Assembly (NCBI GenBank): GCA_014728045.1
Contig: WJMH01000012.1
Span: forward strand, 63,239-127,238
Reading direction: 5' to 3'
Source: Candidatus Omnitrophota bacterium
GTDB taxonomy: Bacteria; Omnitrophota; Gorgyraeia; Tantalellales; Tantalellaceae
DNA length: 64,000 nucleotides
Below, one piece after another: positions 9,004 to 18,276 of this stretch (positions within the stretch are counted from its first letter, which is position 1; every line of letters begins with the position of its first letter). The translations under genes were made by a program, and so were the position numbers. A model generated the notes under the pieces. The model was not told the origin of the DNA. It searched no databases and saw only the letters and a program-made list of their open reading frames with translations.

Positions 9004-11715
9004 ATGCACGGTGTAAGAGGAAGATCATGGTTCAGGATCGTAAGTCTTGTACTTGTACTCACGTTAATATTTTTTGATATAGCACAGGCGAGCCAGATAA
9101 ATATCCCCGAAGCAGCAGAAAAACTTTCCGCGGAACTCCCTTTTCAGACCGAGATAATGTCAAATGAAAAGGAAGCTGTCCGTAGATCGCTGTTCGCGGA
9201 TATGAAACTGCTCGCATCAGCGCAGAATATCGCCAAATATCTTCTTGAGGACAGGCTGCCACTGGAACATCTCGAAGCGGTAATATCACGTGAAACGGGC
9301 CAGATCATAGGTGGGATAGATCTATCCAAGGTCAATTTTTCCCCAGATAAGAAGGTCGTCATAATCCCGTGCGTCTGTTCGGGACATAAATGCCTAATAC
9401 AGGTGGCACTTAAGGATGAACTTCCCCGGGATGGGCTCTCTGGTCAGAAATGGGTAGCATCTGCCAAGTATTTGATCTATGTTTCTTTCGGGGAAAAAGA
9501 AGAGTCAAAAAAGACAAAAAGCGAAAAGACCCCCCCGGCAAAGACCCCCCCTGATAATACCGGTTCCAGGAAGGGAAAACATAATCTAACCGCCCGTAAT
9601 TGCTACAGGGCGATGTACTGCTTAAGGCCGGTCACGATCGCTGTGACCGTGGTATTCGGATGGATCTATCTGGTCCACGGCATGACCGACCCCATGAAGT
9701 TGCTTTCATGGGCGATCATCAACGTTCTGGCCTTTACGACCGCCTATTACTGGTACATGGGAAGGGATATACGTTCTTCCATGATAGAAGTGGGGGTTCC
9801 GGAAGACAAGGCTCTTGATGAGCCGGTCTCCAACACCGAAGGGTTTCTGCATCATGCTTTCAACCATCTCAGTAAAATGGAACAGAGCAGCGTGCTCAAG
9901 CACGAGGTCCTGAAGTGGCATCCTCTCGGGATGGTCTTCATGACGCCTATTCCGAGCTTGCTTCTGGCCCCTTATTTCTGGTTCGCGATCGACAGGTTCT
10001 ATAATATCTCTTCGATGTACGCGGGGATAGACCATAATAATCCCGAGAGCATTTACGAGTACGCCCAGCTGGGTTACCCCAAAATAAGGGCTTTCGCTAT
10101 CGAGAGGTCCTGGCAGATAGAAGATATAGACAAAATGGGCAGGCTTTTCGTTCTAGCCTACGGCAGGGACAGTGAACTGGCCGAGCCGGCTATTCATAAG
10201 CTGTTCAATTCCGGTAATGTCGAGAAGATAAGGGAATACTCCAAACAGTGTATGATGGCCTATGCCGACAAGGTCTTTGATGTATGCCATGTAAGGGCCA
10301 TACTCGTCAGGGACTGCATGCAGGGTGAAATCAAAGAAAAACTGGCGGAGAAGCTGGCCGAGCATGTGACCACCTGGGAGGATTTTAAGAGGGTCGTGGC
10401 CCTTATAGATCACCATTATGAGCGGAAAGCTCCTTGTTTCACGAAGCTGCACGCGATGGCAGAAACACCGGGTGAGATAGAAAAACTTTTTCTCGGTGAA
10501 AGGATCTTCTCTAAATTCGGGAAAATACGACGCCACAAGGAAGTCCATGTAGATCCCAAATATGAAAGAGATGCTTCATATAAACTGGCACGCGCGGTTG
10601 CTGAAGTCTACGGCATGAGTGAACTTACCGGCGGCCAGCTGGAAGATGTACTTATTGCCGTCAAGGACGTTGTTTCGTTCCACCAGGCCAGGAAACCCGC
10701 GTATACATTCGTAGAGGAACTCGCCGAAAACCCGAACGACCTTAAAAGGAGCATACTGGCCCAGGGAGGGCTTATCCCCAGCCGGAAGAGCGAAGCGGAA
10801 CAGAAGCCCATTCCCGGGGAAGAAGAGGTGGAGCTTCCGGCCAACAACAACCGGGAAAAACTTATCAATGCCTGTAACGACATGGTCGCGATCCTTGCCT
10901 TGAGAAGCGATATAACCAGAGAATTCATGGGGAACGAAACTAATACGGACATTGTTTTCACGGCCGAGGCGCTGCTGGCTGATCTTGAGAGGATACGAGA
11001 GACGGGGGAGGCCCCGATCCTTTTTACGGAAGCTGTCATGGAGGTCGAGAGGACCTTGAGGGAGAATCTGCGGGAATTTGAGTCAGCGGGTCTTGTCTCA
11101 TCCATCATAACGCTCGCAAGAAAGGCCAGGAGAGAGGACAGAAACCTTATTATCGGCGTTGAGACCGCCTGGATACCGGGTTCGGAGCGGGCCACAATGC
11201 AGCACATGGCGATAAATCCCCTTATCACCGATATCAAATCCCTGGGATCGAAACTTAGGTCCATCGGCCTTGATAACGTTATCATAGTGCATGATAAAAG
11301 GGATTATCTTGCCCACCAAGTCATATGGCAGACCACAAAGGATGGCCCCAATAGCGATTATTCCAATGTGGTCATACTTGCTTCTCAGGATACCATAAAC
11401 TCTAAGGCTTTCGATCCTTTACGCAGCACCCGGACGGAGCAAAAGGCTTTTCTTGCCGGTGTCGACCACAGCGAGCTTGACGCTTTCACCGAGAAGAGTA
11501 CTGAAGATTACACGCAGATAAGGATACGCTTGGTGCAGATGCTGGCGCTCGCTCTTGAGTTGGCATCCGGGCAGAGTGCGCCGGAGCTCCCGATCATACG
11601 CGAATATAACAAGACGCTCAGGACTGTCATATTCCTTCCCGGGGCGGAGCCGATGGATTTCAGGGAATTGCAGAGGCTTTACAGAGCGCAGCAGAAAGCC
11701 CTTGAGGCGGCGTAA
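9004..11715 (+). CDS. Large exported or membrane hypothetical protein (lineage-specific family)
   Basis: 908-aa ORF (likely ATG at 9004); signal peptide '...LVLVLTLIFFDIAQA'; 3 central hydrophobic segments; own promoter region and terminator. Confidence 0.8.
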   Translation: MHGVRGRSWFRIVSLVLVLTLIFFDIAQASQINIPEAAEKLSAELPFQTEIMSNEKEAVRRSLFADMKLLASAQNIAKYLLEDRLPLEHLEAVISRETGQIIGGIDLSKVNFSPDKKVVIIPCVCSGHKCLIQVALKDELPRDGLSGQKWVASAKYLIYVSFGEKEESKKTKSEKTPPAKTPPDNTGSRKGKHNLTARNCYRAMYCLRPVTIAVTVVFGWIYLVHGMTDPMKLLSWAIINVLAFTTAYYWYMGRDIRSSMIEVGVPEDKALDEPVSNTEGFLHHAFNHLSKMEQSSVLKHEVLKWHPLGMVFMTPIPSLLLAPYFWFAIDRFYNISSMYAGIDHNNPESIYEYAQLGYPKIRAFAIERSWQIEDIDKMGRLFVLAYGRDSELAEPAIHKLFNSGNVEKIREYSKQCMMAYADKVFDVCHVRAILVRDCMQGEIKEKLAEKLAEHVTTWEDFKRVVALIDHHYERKAPCFTKLHAMAETPGEIEKLFLGERIFSKFGKIRRHKEVHVDPKYERDASYKLARAVAEVYGMSELTGGQLEDVLIAVKDVVSFHQARKPAYTFVEELAENPNDLKRSILAQGGLIPSRKSEAEQKPIPGEEEVELPANNNREKLINACNDMVAILALRSDITREFMGNETNTDIVFTAEALLADLERIRETGEAPILFTEAVMEVERTLRENLREFESAGLVSSIITLARKARREDRNLIIGVETAWIPGSERATMQHMAINPLITDIKSLGSKLRSIGLDNVIIVHDKRDYLAHQVIWQTTKDGPNSDYSNVVILASQDTINSKAFDPLRSTRTEQKAFLAGVDHSELDAFTEKSTEDYTQIRIRLVQMLALALELASGQSAPELPIIREYNKTLRTVIFLPGAEPMDFRELQRLYRAQQKALEAA

Positions 11716-11736
11716 GCCCGAGCGGGATGTTTGAGG

Positions 11737-11780
11737 ATAATAAAAAAAGGAGGCTTGTACAAGCCTCCTTTTTTTATTAT
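11737..11780. terminator. Bidirectional terminator (perfect 44-bp palindrome)
   Basis: ATAATAAAAAAAGGAGGCTTGT|ACAAGCCTCCTTTTTTTATTAT between convergent genes. Confidence 0.85.
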
Positions 11781-11793
11781 ATAAGCGGGTATT

Positions 11794-12696
11794 TTAGAAA
11801 AGTATCTGCACCTTCGCGATGTATTCCCACGCTGCGCTAACGCGCCTGAACCTTTCGCTGGTTCCGTCGCCGCGTCCCCATGCGGTCTGTCCAAGCTGAA
11901 GCTCGAGGTTAAGACTGGACTGAGCTCCTTTTTTAACACTGGAGAAGCCTTTTCCCAGGAGGTTTATAATGGGGCCGGCGCGCCAGGTAATGGTGTCTTT
12001 ACGCACTCCCGTTCCCTGATGGGAAAGCCTCACATCCAGCTCGCCTTTCAACATGAGCCAGTCAAAGGGGGAGATGCCGCCTTCGAGGAACATGGGAAAA
12101 TAATTCGCGAAATCTGCATTGACCCCCGTATCGATCTGCCAGAAATAACCGAACTCACCGGACACGTAAGCAGGTTTTTTGAACACTGTGAAGGATTTTC
12201 CCACAAGGCCCCGCAGTTCCACGCCGTTACCGTATTCAAACAGGTCGGGCTGTTGGACCACATCGGGGTTTCCCGGATGGATGTAGAACTTGAGCTGTCC
12301 GGCAGCCACGACGGGTTTATCCATGAATTTGTATTTTATGCCGGGTTGTATCTGCTTGAAGCCTTCGTGCTTGGCTTTTTGGCTATTGAACTGCGCGGTG
12401 CTGAAATCGTTCTTCCAGTGGCTCCAGGTATAGGGGATATTGAGCAGGATGTTCAGGTTATCGTTGAAGCCGAACTCAAATTTCTGCTCGAGGTCGTATA
12501 TCTCCGATATCCCGCCGTGGTCCCAACGGCTCCTGTCACCGTTCTCATCGAACGCTCTTTTGGAGACAAAATAACGGAAAAACGTTTCTGTCCAGAGCTT
12601 GTTCTTTTTTAGTGTCCATGGTCCCGCGTGGGAGACCTCAGGCATCAGAAGAGCGACAAAGAGTGCCGCAGTAATGAAGAAAGCCGTTCTTTTCAT
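11794..12696 (-). CDS. Putative outer-membrane beta-barrel protein
   Basis: Signal peptide (VSHA); alternating amphipathic strands; C-terminal 'YIAKVQILF' ending in Phe, a BAM-type signal. Confidence 0.65.
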   Translation of the reverse strand: MKRTAFFITAALFVALLMPEVSHAGPWTLKKNKLWTETFFRYFVSKRAFDENGDRSRWDHGGISEIYDLEQKFEFGFNDNLNILLNIPYTWSHWKNDFSTAQFNSQKAKHEGFKQIQPGIKYKFMDKPVVAAGQLKFYIHPGNPDVVQQPDLFEYGNGVELRGLVGKSFTVFKKPAYVSGEFGYFWQIDTGVNADFANYFPMFLEGGISPFDWLMLKGELDVRLSHQGTGVRKDTITWRAGPIINLLGKGFSSVKKGAQSSLNLELQLGQTAWGRGDGTSERFRRVSAAWEYIAKVQILF

Positions 12697-12725
12697 TGAA
12701 ATACCCCCTTGATTTATTCCCGAAA

Positions 12726-12992
12726 TTATCTGCTTAATCCGAAAAGAGCCGCGAACCAGGCCATAATGCTTGCCTGGCCTTTTTGTTCATCAAGTATGGA
12801 TTTAACGTCATTGGGCGAGAGGATGCCTTTTTCGGTCATGATGGCGCCGATTTCCTTGTGCTGCTGGTGCTTTTGTTCGTATTCCTTTTGTATGCGCAGC
12901 GCCTCTTTTACCTCATCCTCTGATGCAAGACCGCGTCCCACAGCGATTTCGCCGAATTTCTTGGTCTTCTTTTTCCTTAAAAATTCAAACAT
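12726..12992 (-). CDS. Small stand-alone MshEN-like protein
   Basis: Two 24-aa motifs, KFGEIAVGRGLASEDEVKEALRIQ and EIGAIMTEKGILSPNDVKSILDEQ. Confidence 0.65.
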   Translation of the reverse strand: MFEFLRKKKTKKFGEIAVGRGLASEDEVKEALRIQKEYEQKHQQHKEIGAIMTEKGILSPNDVKSILDEQKGQASIMAWFAALFGLSR

Positions 12993-13163
12993 ACATGCCT
13001 TTTTATAATAGTAATAAAAAATATATTATTTGCCAAATAGTATATATGTTTTAAAGCCTTAAGTCAAGAAAAGCCTGCTCAAGCGCCTTTTGAAAAGAAG
13101 GGTTGACTTAAACGCATATTATAATATATTATTCTATGACTATAGGCTGGAAGAGGTGATCAA

Positions 13164-14003
13164 ATGAGTTACATAAAGACGGGTTTATTGCTGGTCGTAA
13201 TGACCTTCATTCTGATGTGGGTCGGAAGTCTCGTGGCAGGCCCCAGAGGCGTTATTATAGCTTTTATTGTAGCCATGGTGCTCAACGGGGTCAGTTACTG
13301 GTACAGTGACAAGATAGTGCTGAAGATGTACAACGCCAGGCCGTTATCATCCCGGGAGAACGCCGATATCTATTCGGTGGTGGAAGAGCTCAGCTCCAGG
13401 GCAGATATACCCGCACCCAGGGTATATATAACGGACGTTGCCGTTCCCAACGCTTTCGCGACCGGAAGAGACCCCGACAATGCCGCTTTATGCCTTACCA
13501 GGGGGCTTGTGGAATTACTGGACAAGGAGGAGCTTAAGGGCGTCATCTCCCACGAGCTTTCGCATATCAAACACCGAGATACCCTTATCATGACGGTCAC
13601 CGCGGCCATGGCGAGCGCGATAATGATGGCTGTTTACATGGCCAGATGGGCGGCCATTCTCGGCGGGTTTTCCAGGGAGAGGAATGACTCGGGTAACATC
13701 ATAGGATTATTGGCCGTAAGCATATTTGCCCCGATAGCCGCCCTTATAGTCCAGCTGGCCATATCCCGTTCGCGGGAATACGCCGCTGATACAAGGGGAG
13801 CCGAGATAGCCGGTTCCCCCGAGGGGCTCGCCAGGGCCCTGGAACAGATGGCCCGGGGCAATGAACGCACCAGATTCGACGCGGCGCCCCAGACTCAACA
13901 CCTGTTCATCGTCAAGCCGTCCGCGAATAATTTCGTTGCCAACCTGTTCAGCACGCATCCGCCTGTGGCCGAACGGGTCAAAAGACTCAGGAGCATGGCC
14001 TAA
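13164..14003 (+). CDS. htpX: Zinc metalloprotease HtpX (M48)
   Basis: 'PNAFATGRDP', 'HELSH', 'SRSREYAAD', 'FSTHPP'. Confidence 0.95.
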   Translation: MSYIKTGLLLVVMTFILMWVGSLVAGPRGVIIAFIVAMVLNGVSYWYSDKIVLKMYNARPLSSRENADIYSVVEELSSRADIPAPRVYITDVAVPNAFATGRDPDNAALCLTRGLVELLDKEELKGVISHELSHIKHRDTLIMTVTAAMASAIMMAVYMARWAAILGGFSRERNDSGNIIGLLAVSIFAPIAALIVQLAISRSREYAADTRGAEIAGSPEGLARALEQMARGNERTRFDAAPQTQHLFIVKPSANNFVANLFSTHPPVAERVKRLRSMA

Positions 14004-15607
14004 TGCGTGGATCCAAATTTATTCTGATATTGATAGCTGTTATGCTGTTTCTGTATTTTTTCGGGCTGGGGGATATGCCCCTTACCGATCCGGATGAGAC
14101 TTTTTACGCCCAGACGGCAAAGGAGATGCTCGAAGCTGATGAGTGGGTCACTCCCATGATATTCGGCAAGCCGCAGTTCGAAAAACCCGTGCTTTACTAT
14201 CTTCTTATAGTTCTGAGTTATATGGTTTTCGGGGTTGGTGAGTTCGCAGCGAGATTCCCTTCGGCGGTTTTCGGTATTCTGGGCGTTCTGGGGGTTTATT
14301 TTTTCGGAAGGCTCCTTTTTTCGCCGCTCTGCGGGTTCCTTTCGGGGATGGTCATGGCGACCTGCGTACAGTATCTCGTCCTCGCCAGAGGTTGCGTAAC
14401 GGACATGGTGCTCTTGGTCTTTATCCTGTACACGCTTTTATTCTTTCTGATGGGATGGATGGGTAAGGGCAGGGGATATTTCTATCTCGCTTCGGTAGCT
14501 GCGGCCCTGGCGGTACTCACGAAGGGTCCGATCGGTCTATTTCTCCCCGGTCTCACGGTATTATTATTCATCCTTTTGACCAGGCAGTGGAAAAGGTTCC
14601 CGGAGATACCGCTTTTGCGGTGCATTCTCCTGCTTCTGCTGGTAAGTTTGCCCTGGTATATCGCGGTTTACCGTATGCACGGGTCGGCCTTTGTTGATGA
14701 ATTCTTCGGTTTTCATAACGTTACGCGTTTTCTGGTTCCGGAGCACAGGATAGGCACGTCGCCGTACTTCTACATACCGGTCATCCTGGGAGGGTTCTTC
14801 CCCTGGAGCACTTTTCTTCTTTTCGGTGCGTGGAACATGTGGAGACACCCCCATCCAGGATCAGCGGACTCGCGGGCAGGGAATTACAGGCTGTTCCTCT
14901 TATTATGGTTTCTTGTGGTGTTCCTTTTCTTCTCTTCATCCAGCACGAAACTCGTCACTTACATTTTTCCGCTTTTTCCGGTACTAGCGTTAGTTGCCGG
15001 GAGGTTTTGGGAGAGGTTCATCACTAGCTCGGACGAGGATGAACGAACGTCTTTTTTCATGAAGATATCCTTCTGGATCCTCGTTGGATCATCCCCGGTC
15101 GCGGCTGCCGGCGCCGTTTTTCTGGTTAGATATGAATACGCGACCACCTCAGCAGTCCAGGGCACGATAATGGCCTCCGTTCTTTATCTTCTGGCCATTA
15201 TCGTTTCGGCACTTTTCTTTCTCAAAAGGCGCAGAATGGCCTCTTTCGGCGCCATCGCTTCTTCGGTATTGGTCTGCGCTTTACCCGTGGTCTGGTTCAT
15301 TCTCCCGGTCGTGGGTGTACATGAATCCAGCAAGGAACTTTCTCTTAAGGTCAGGGAGCTCGCCTCTTCCGATGAAGCGGTGGGGGGCGAATGTGATCAC
15401 CGCCGTGGGATAGCCTTCTACTCGGGCAGGACCGATATGACGGATATACATCCTCATCAGGCCCTCAGGGATTTTTTCTCCAGGAAGGAGAGAGTGTGGG
15501 GTATAATACAGCAGAAGCATTACCGTAACCTGAAGGCAGAGATGCCCGGAAAGGTGTCCGAGCCGGTGGCCAGTTCGGGAGAATATGTTCTTATAACGAA
15601 TGAATAG
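14003..15607 (+). CDS. ArnT-like (GT83/PMT family) lipid-carrier glycosyltransferase
   Basis: 'DPDETFY', 'FEKPVLYY', 'ARFPSA', 'LTKGPIG', 'TKLVTYIFP'; many TM helices. Confidence 0.9.
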   Translation: MRGSKFILILIAVMLFLYFFGLGDMPLTDPDETFYAQTAKEMLEADEWVTPMIFGKPQFEKPVLYYLLIVLSYMVFGVGEFAARFPSAVFGILGVLGVYFFGRLLFSPLCGFLSGMVMATCVQYLVLARGCVTDMVLLVFILYTLLFFLMGWMGKGRGYFYLASVAAALAVLTKGPIGLFLPGLTVLLFILLTRQWKRFPEIPLLRCILLLLLVSLPWYIAVYRMHGSAFVDEFFGFHNVTRFLVPEHRIGTSPYFYIPVILGGFFPWSTFLLFGAWNMWRHPHPGSADSRAGNYRLFLLLWFLVVFLFFSSSSTKLVTYIFPLFPVLALVAGRFWERFITSSDEDERTSFFMKISFWILVGSSPVAAAGAVFLVRYEYATTSAVQGTIMASVLYLLAIIVSALFFLKRRRMASFGAIASSVLVCALPVVWFILPVVGVHESSKELSLKVRELASSDEAVGGECDHRRGIAFYSGRTDMTDIHPHQALRDFFSRKERVWGIIQQKHYRNLKAEMPGKVSEPVASSGEYVLITNE

Positions 15608-15616
15608 GTAGAATAT

Positions 15617-16321
15617 ATGAACGATAGCCCCAGCGTATCCTTTGTCTTACCCATGTACAATGAGAGCGCCAATATCACCGCGTCCATACGCAAGATCAAG
15701 TCCATCGCCCCGGAGATGACCCCGGATCACGAGATAATCATAGCCGATGACGCATCCACGGATGGAAGCGCCGATATCGTTGAAAGTATCTCGCGGAAGG
15801 ACTCAAGCGTAAAGCTTATCAGGCTGCCGGAGAATACGATGTTCGGAGGTGCGTTCGCCGCGGGTTTCAAAGCAGCCAGCAAGGACGTTATCATGTACAT
15901 GGACGCGGATATGCCCGTCGGGGAGGAAGATATAAAAAGGTCCTTTCCCCTGATAAAGAATGCCCACATAGTTACTGGCTACAGCAAGGTAAAAAAAGGG
16001 GACACCCTCAAGAGGAAGATAATATCTGTCGGGTACAATCTTCTGGTCAGATCGCTTTTTCGTCTGGATATACGTGATATCAATTCCGGCTATAAGATAG
16101 TCAGGAGGGAACTGGTGGAGGATATGCAATTCATCTCCCGCAGCCCTTTCGTGGACGTTGAGCTTTTCCTGCACGCCAAAAGAAAAGGCGCCAGAGTGGA
16201 ACAGTATCCTCTGGTCTTTACCTCCCGTCCGGGAGGTAAGTCCTACATCGCCAGGATCCCCGTAATATGGGCGACCTTCTGCGATATGATCAAGGTGAGG
16301 GCCCTTACCCTGAAAGGTTGA
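15617..16321 (+). CDS. GT2 polyprenol-phosphate glycosyltransferase (ArnC/DPM1-like)
   Basis: 'LPMYNE', 'DDASTDGS', DxD motif 'MDAD', 'DINSGYK'. Confidence 0.9.
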   Translation: MNDSPSVSFVLPMYNESANITASIRKIKSIAPEMTPDHEIIIADDASTDGSADIVESISRKDSSVKLIRLPENTMFGGAFAAGFKAASKDVIMYMDADMPVGEEDIKRSFPLIKNAHIVTGYSKVKKGDTLKRKIISVGYNLLVRSLFRLDIRDINSGYKIVRRELVEDMQFISRSPFVDVELFLHAKRKGARVEQYPLVFTSRPGGKSYIARIPVIWATFCDMIKVRALTLKG

Positions 16322-16325
16322 ACGC

Positions 16326-17180
16326 ATGAAAGCGCTTATCATAAACGCCGATGATGTCGGCCTCTCAAAAGAGATAAATGAAGCAGCAAGAAAGTGTTAT
16401 CTTGAAAAAGTGATAACGGGGGTGAGCTTACTTGCCTGCGGGGAGAGCTTCAGTGATGCCGCAAGCATGCTGCATGGGGTGGGCAGGACTAACGTGGGCG
16501 CTCATCTTGTTCTTACCGGGGACTTTAAACCCTGCACCAGTGATCTTTCCCGTATAAGGACGCTCGTCCCCGGAGGGCGGTTCCCTGCCGGCTATAAGGC
16601 GTTCGCCGCGAGGTATTTGCTGGGAGCGGTTTCCGCTGACGAAGTGTATGAAGAGACCACCGCGCAGGTAAAAAAAATAAAAGAGGCGGGGCTTCAGGTT
16701 ACGCATATAGACAGCCACGAGCATGTTCACATGTTCCCGGAGATTCTCCGGACAGTTATCGCGGTGGCGCTCGATAACGGTATCCCTTATGTAAGGCTTC
16801 CCAGGGAGAGTTCGAAAGTGGTTATCACCGCCTTTTCACCAAAGGACCTTTTGCGCCACGCGGGGCTCAAGGTCTTCGCCTCCCATGCGCGAAGAGCGAT
16901 GAACGCTTTAGAGGTCTATCATAACGATTATTTCTGGGGACATTTCCATGCGGGCAGGCTCGATAACGGTATCCTCAGTTTTATCGTAAATAACCTCGGC
17001 GAGGGGATCAATGAACTTGCTGTCCATCCGGGCGTTTTAACCCCGGAACTGGAGGAAAGGTCCTCCTGGCACCGTAATTCCCAGAAAGAGCTCACTGCCC
17101 TGATAGGGGGAAGTTGGAGAAGGTCCCTGGCAGACAGCGGGGTGCGGACGATATCCCATCTTGAAACGATGCATATCTAG
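16326..17180 (+). CDS. YdjC/ChbG/HpnK family carbohydrate deacetylase
   Basis: 'LIINADDVG', 'GAHLVL', 'THIDSHEHVH', 'ELAVHPG'. Confidence 0.9.
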   Translation: MKALIINADDVGLSKEINEAARKCYLEKVITGVSLLACGESFSDAASMLHGVGRTNVGAHLVLTGDFKPCTSDLSRIRTLVPGGRFPAGYKAFAARYLLGAVSADEVYEETTAQVKKIKEAGLQVTHIDSHEHVHMFPEILRTVIAVALDNGIPYVRLPRESSKVVITAFSPKDLLRHAGLKVFASHARRAMNALEVYHNDYFWGHFHAGRLDNGILSFIVNNLGEGINELAVHPGVLTPELEERSSWHRNSQKELTALIGGSWRRSLADSGVRTISHLETMHI

Positions 17181-17199
17181 ACCGGGATCCGGCTTGGAT

Positions 17200-17235
17200 A
17201 AAAAAAGCGCCCGCTTACTGTAAGCGGGCGCTTTT
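17200..17235. terminator. Bidirectional terminator
   Basis: AAAAGCGCCCGCTTA-ctg-TAAGCGGGCGCTTTT between convergent genes. Confidence 0.85.
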
Positions 17236-17255
17236 ACCTTAGGTGATTAAGGTTA

Positions 17256-17459
17256 TTATTCAGATTTGATCAAAGCTATGACTGCCAGAAGCAGAATGCA
17301 TGCGGTTCCCGAAAGCATTCCCACGGCGGTGAAACCCTCGCCGAAAAAGGGCAGTTCCGTAAAACCCATTATGCTTTCTTCACCGATGAATCTTGCTATA
17401 ACAGTGTAGGCGAAAAGAACAGTGCCTATTATCGCTAAAAGGTTGCCGAGTGTTTTCAT
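17256..17459 (-). CDS. Small membrane protein with two TM helices
   Basis: 67 aa with two hydrophobic helices; SD-like GGGGTAAGGA upstream; terminator downstream. Confidence 0.65.
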   Translation of the reverse strand: MKTLGNLLAIIGTVLFAYTVIARFIGEESIMGFTELPFFGEGFTAVGMLSGTACILLLAVIALIKSE

Positions 17460-17574
17460 GATTCCTTACCCCCCCTTATTGTCTGTCAACTCAATATGGT
17501 CGCTTATCCCTTAATGGCAAATATACCATGTACGAAAATCAAAGTCAAAACAATAATGGAGCTTGGATGGATGA

Positions 17575-17661
17575 TGGTGCGGGCGAAGGGACTCGAACCC
17601 CCATGGAGTTTCCCCCATATGGACCTGAACCATACGCGTCTGCCAATTCCGCCACGCCCGC
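17575..17661 (-). tRNA. tRNA-Leu(CAG)
   Basis: Reverse complement GCGGGCGTGGCGGAATTGGCAGACGCG...TATGG-TTCAGGT-CCATA, long variable arm, GGTTCGAGTCC, ends CCA. Confidence 0.95.
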
Positions 17662-17806
17662 ACATCAATTGGTATTGACAATTAATCTAGAGGATTATAC
17701 TATAAATGGAGATTACCGTCAATTACGGTATAAATATATAGTGAAATATTTATCTTCACATATGGATGATAAATGAGTTTAATTATGTTATAATAAAGCT
17801 AGAATC

Positions 17807-18265
17807 ATGCCAAAAGAAAACACAAGTGTGGTAACTAACCGTCAGGCATACCGCGATTTTCATATAGAGAAGACTTATGAAGCCGGGTTGGAGCTCTTTG
17901 GTAATGAAGTAAAATCCCTGAGGACGGGAAACGCGAACTTAAAGGGTAGTTTCTGCAGGATAGAAGGGGGCGAGATATTCGTTCACAACATGCATATAAG
18001 CCCTTATGACTTCTCTTCCGATGAAACCGACCCTGTGAGGCCGAGAAAGCTCCTGCTGCACCGAGCGCAGATAAGGAGTCTTGGTATAAAGCTCGCGCAG
18101 CAGGGTTATACCCTGGTACCTCTAAAGGTTTATTTCAAGCGGGGGTACGCCAAGATGGAGATAGGGCTCGGCAAGGGTAAGAAACTTTACGATAAAAGGC
18201 AGGCCCTTAAGGAAAAACAGGTAAAGCGCGAAATGGACCGCATAATGCGGCATAAGAGAAGATAG
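17807..18265 (+). CDS. smpB: SsrA-binding protein SmpB
   Basis: 'YEAGLEL.GNEVKSLR', 'RPRKLLLHR', 'GKGKKLYDKR'; adjacent to tmRNA. Confidence 0.97.
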   Translation: MPKENTSVVTNRQAYRDFHIEKTYEAGLELFGNEVKSLRTGNANLKGSFCRIEGGEIFVHNMHISPYDFSSDETDPVRPRKLLLHRAQIRSLGIKLAQQGYTLVPLKVYFKRGYAKMEIGLGKGKKLYDKRQALKEKQVKREMDRIMRHKRR

Positions 18266-18276
18266 CTCTTTGATAT

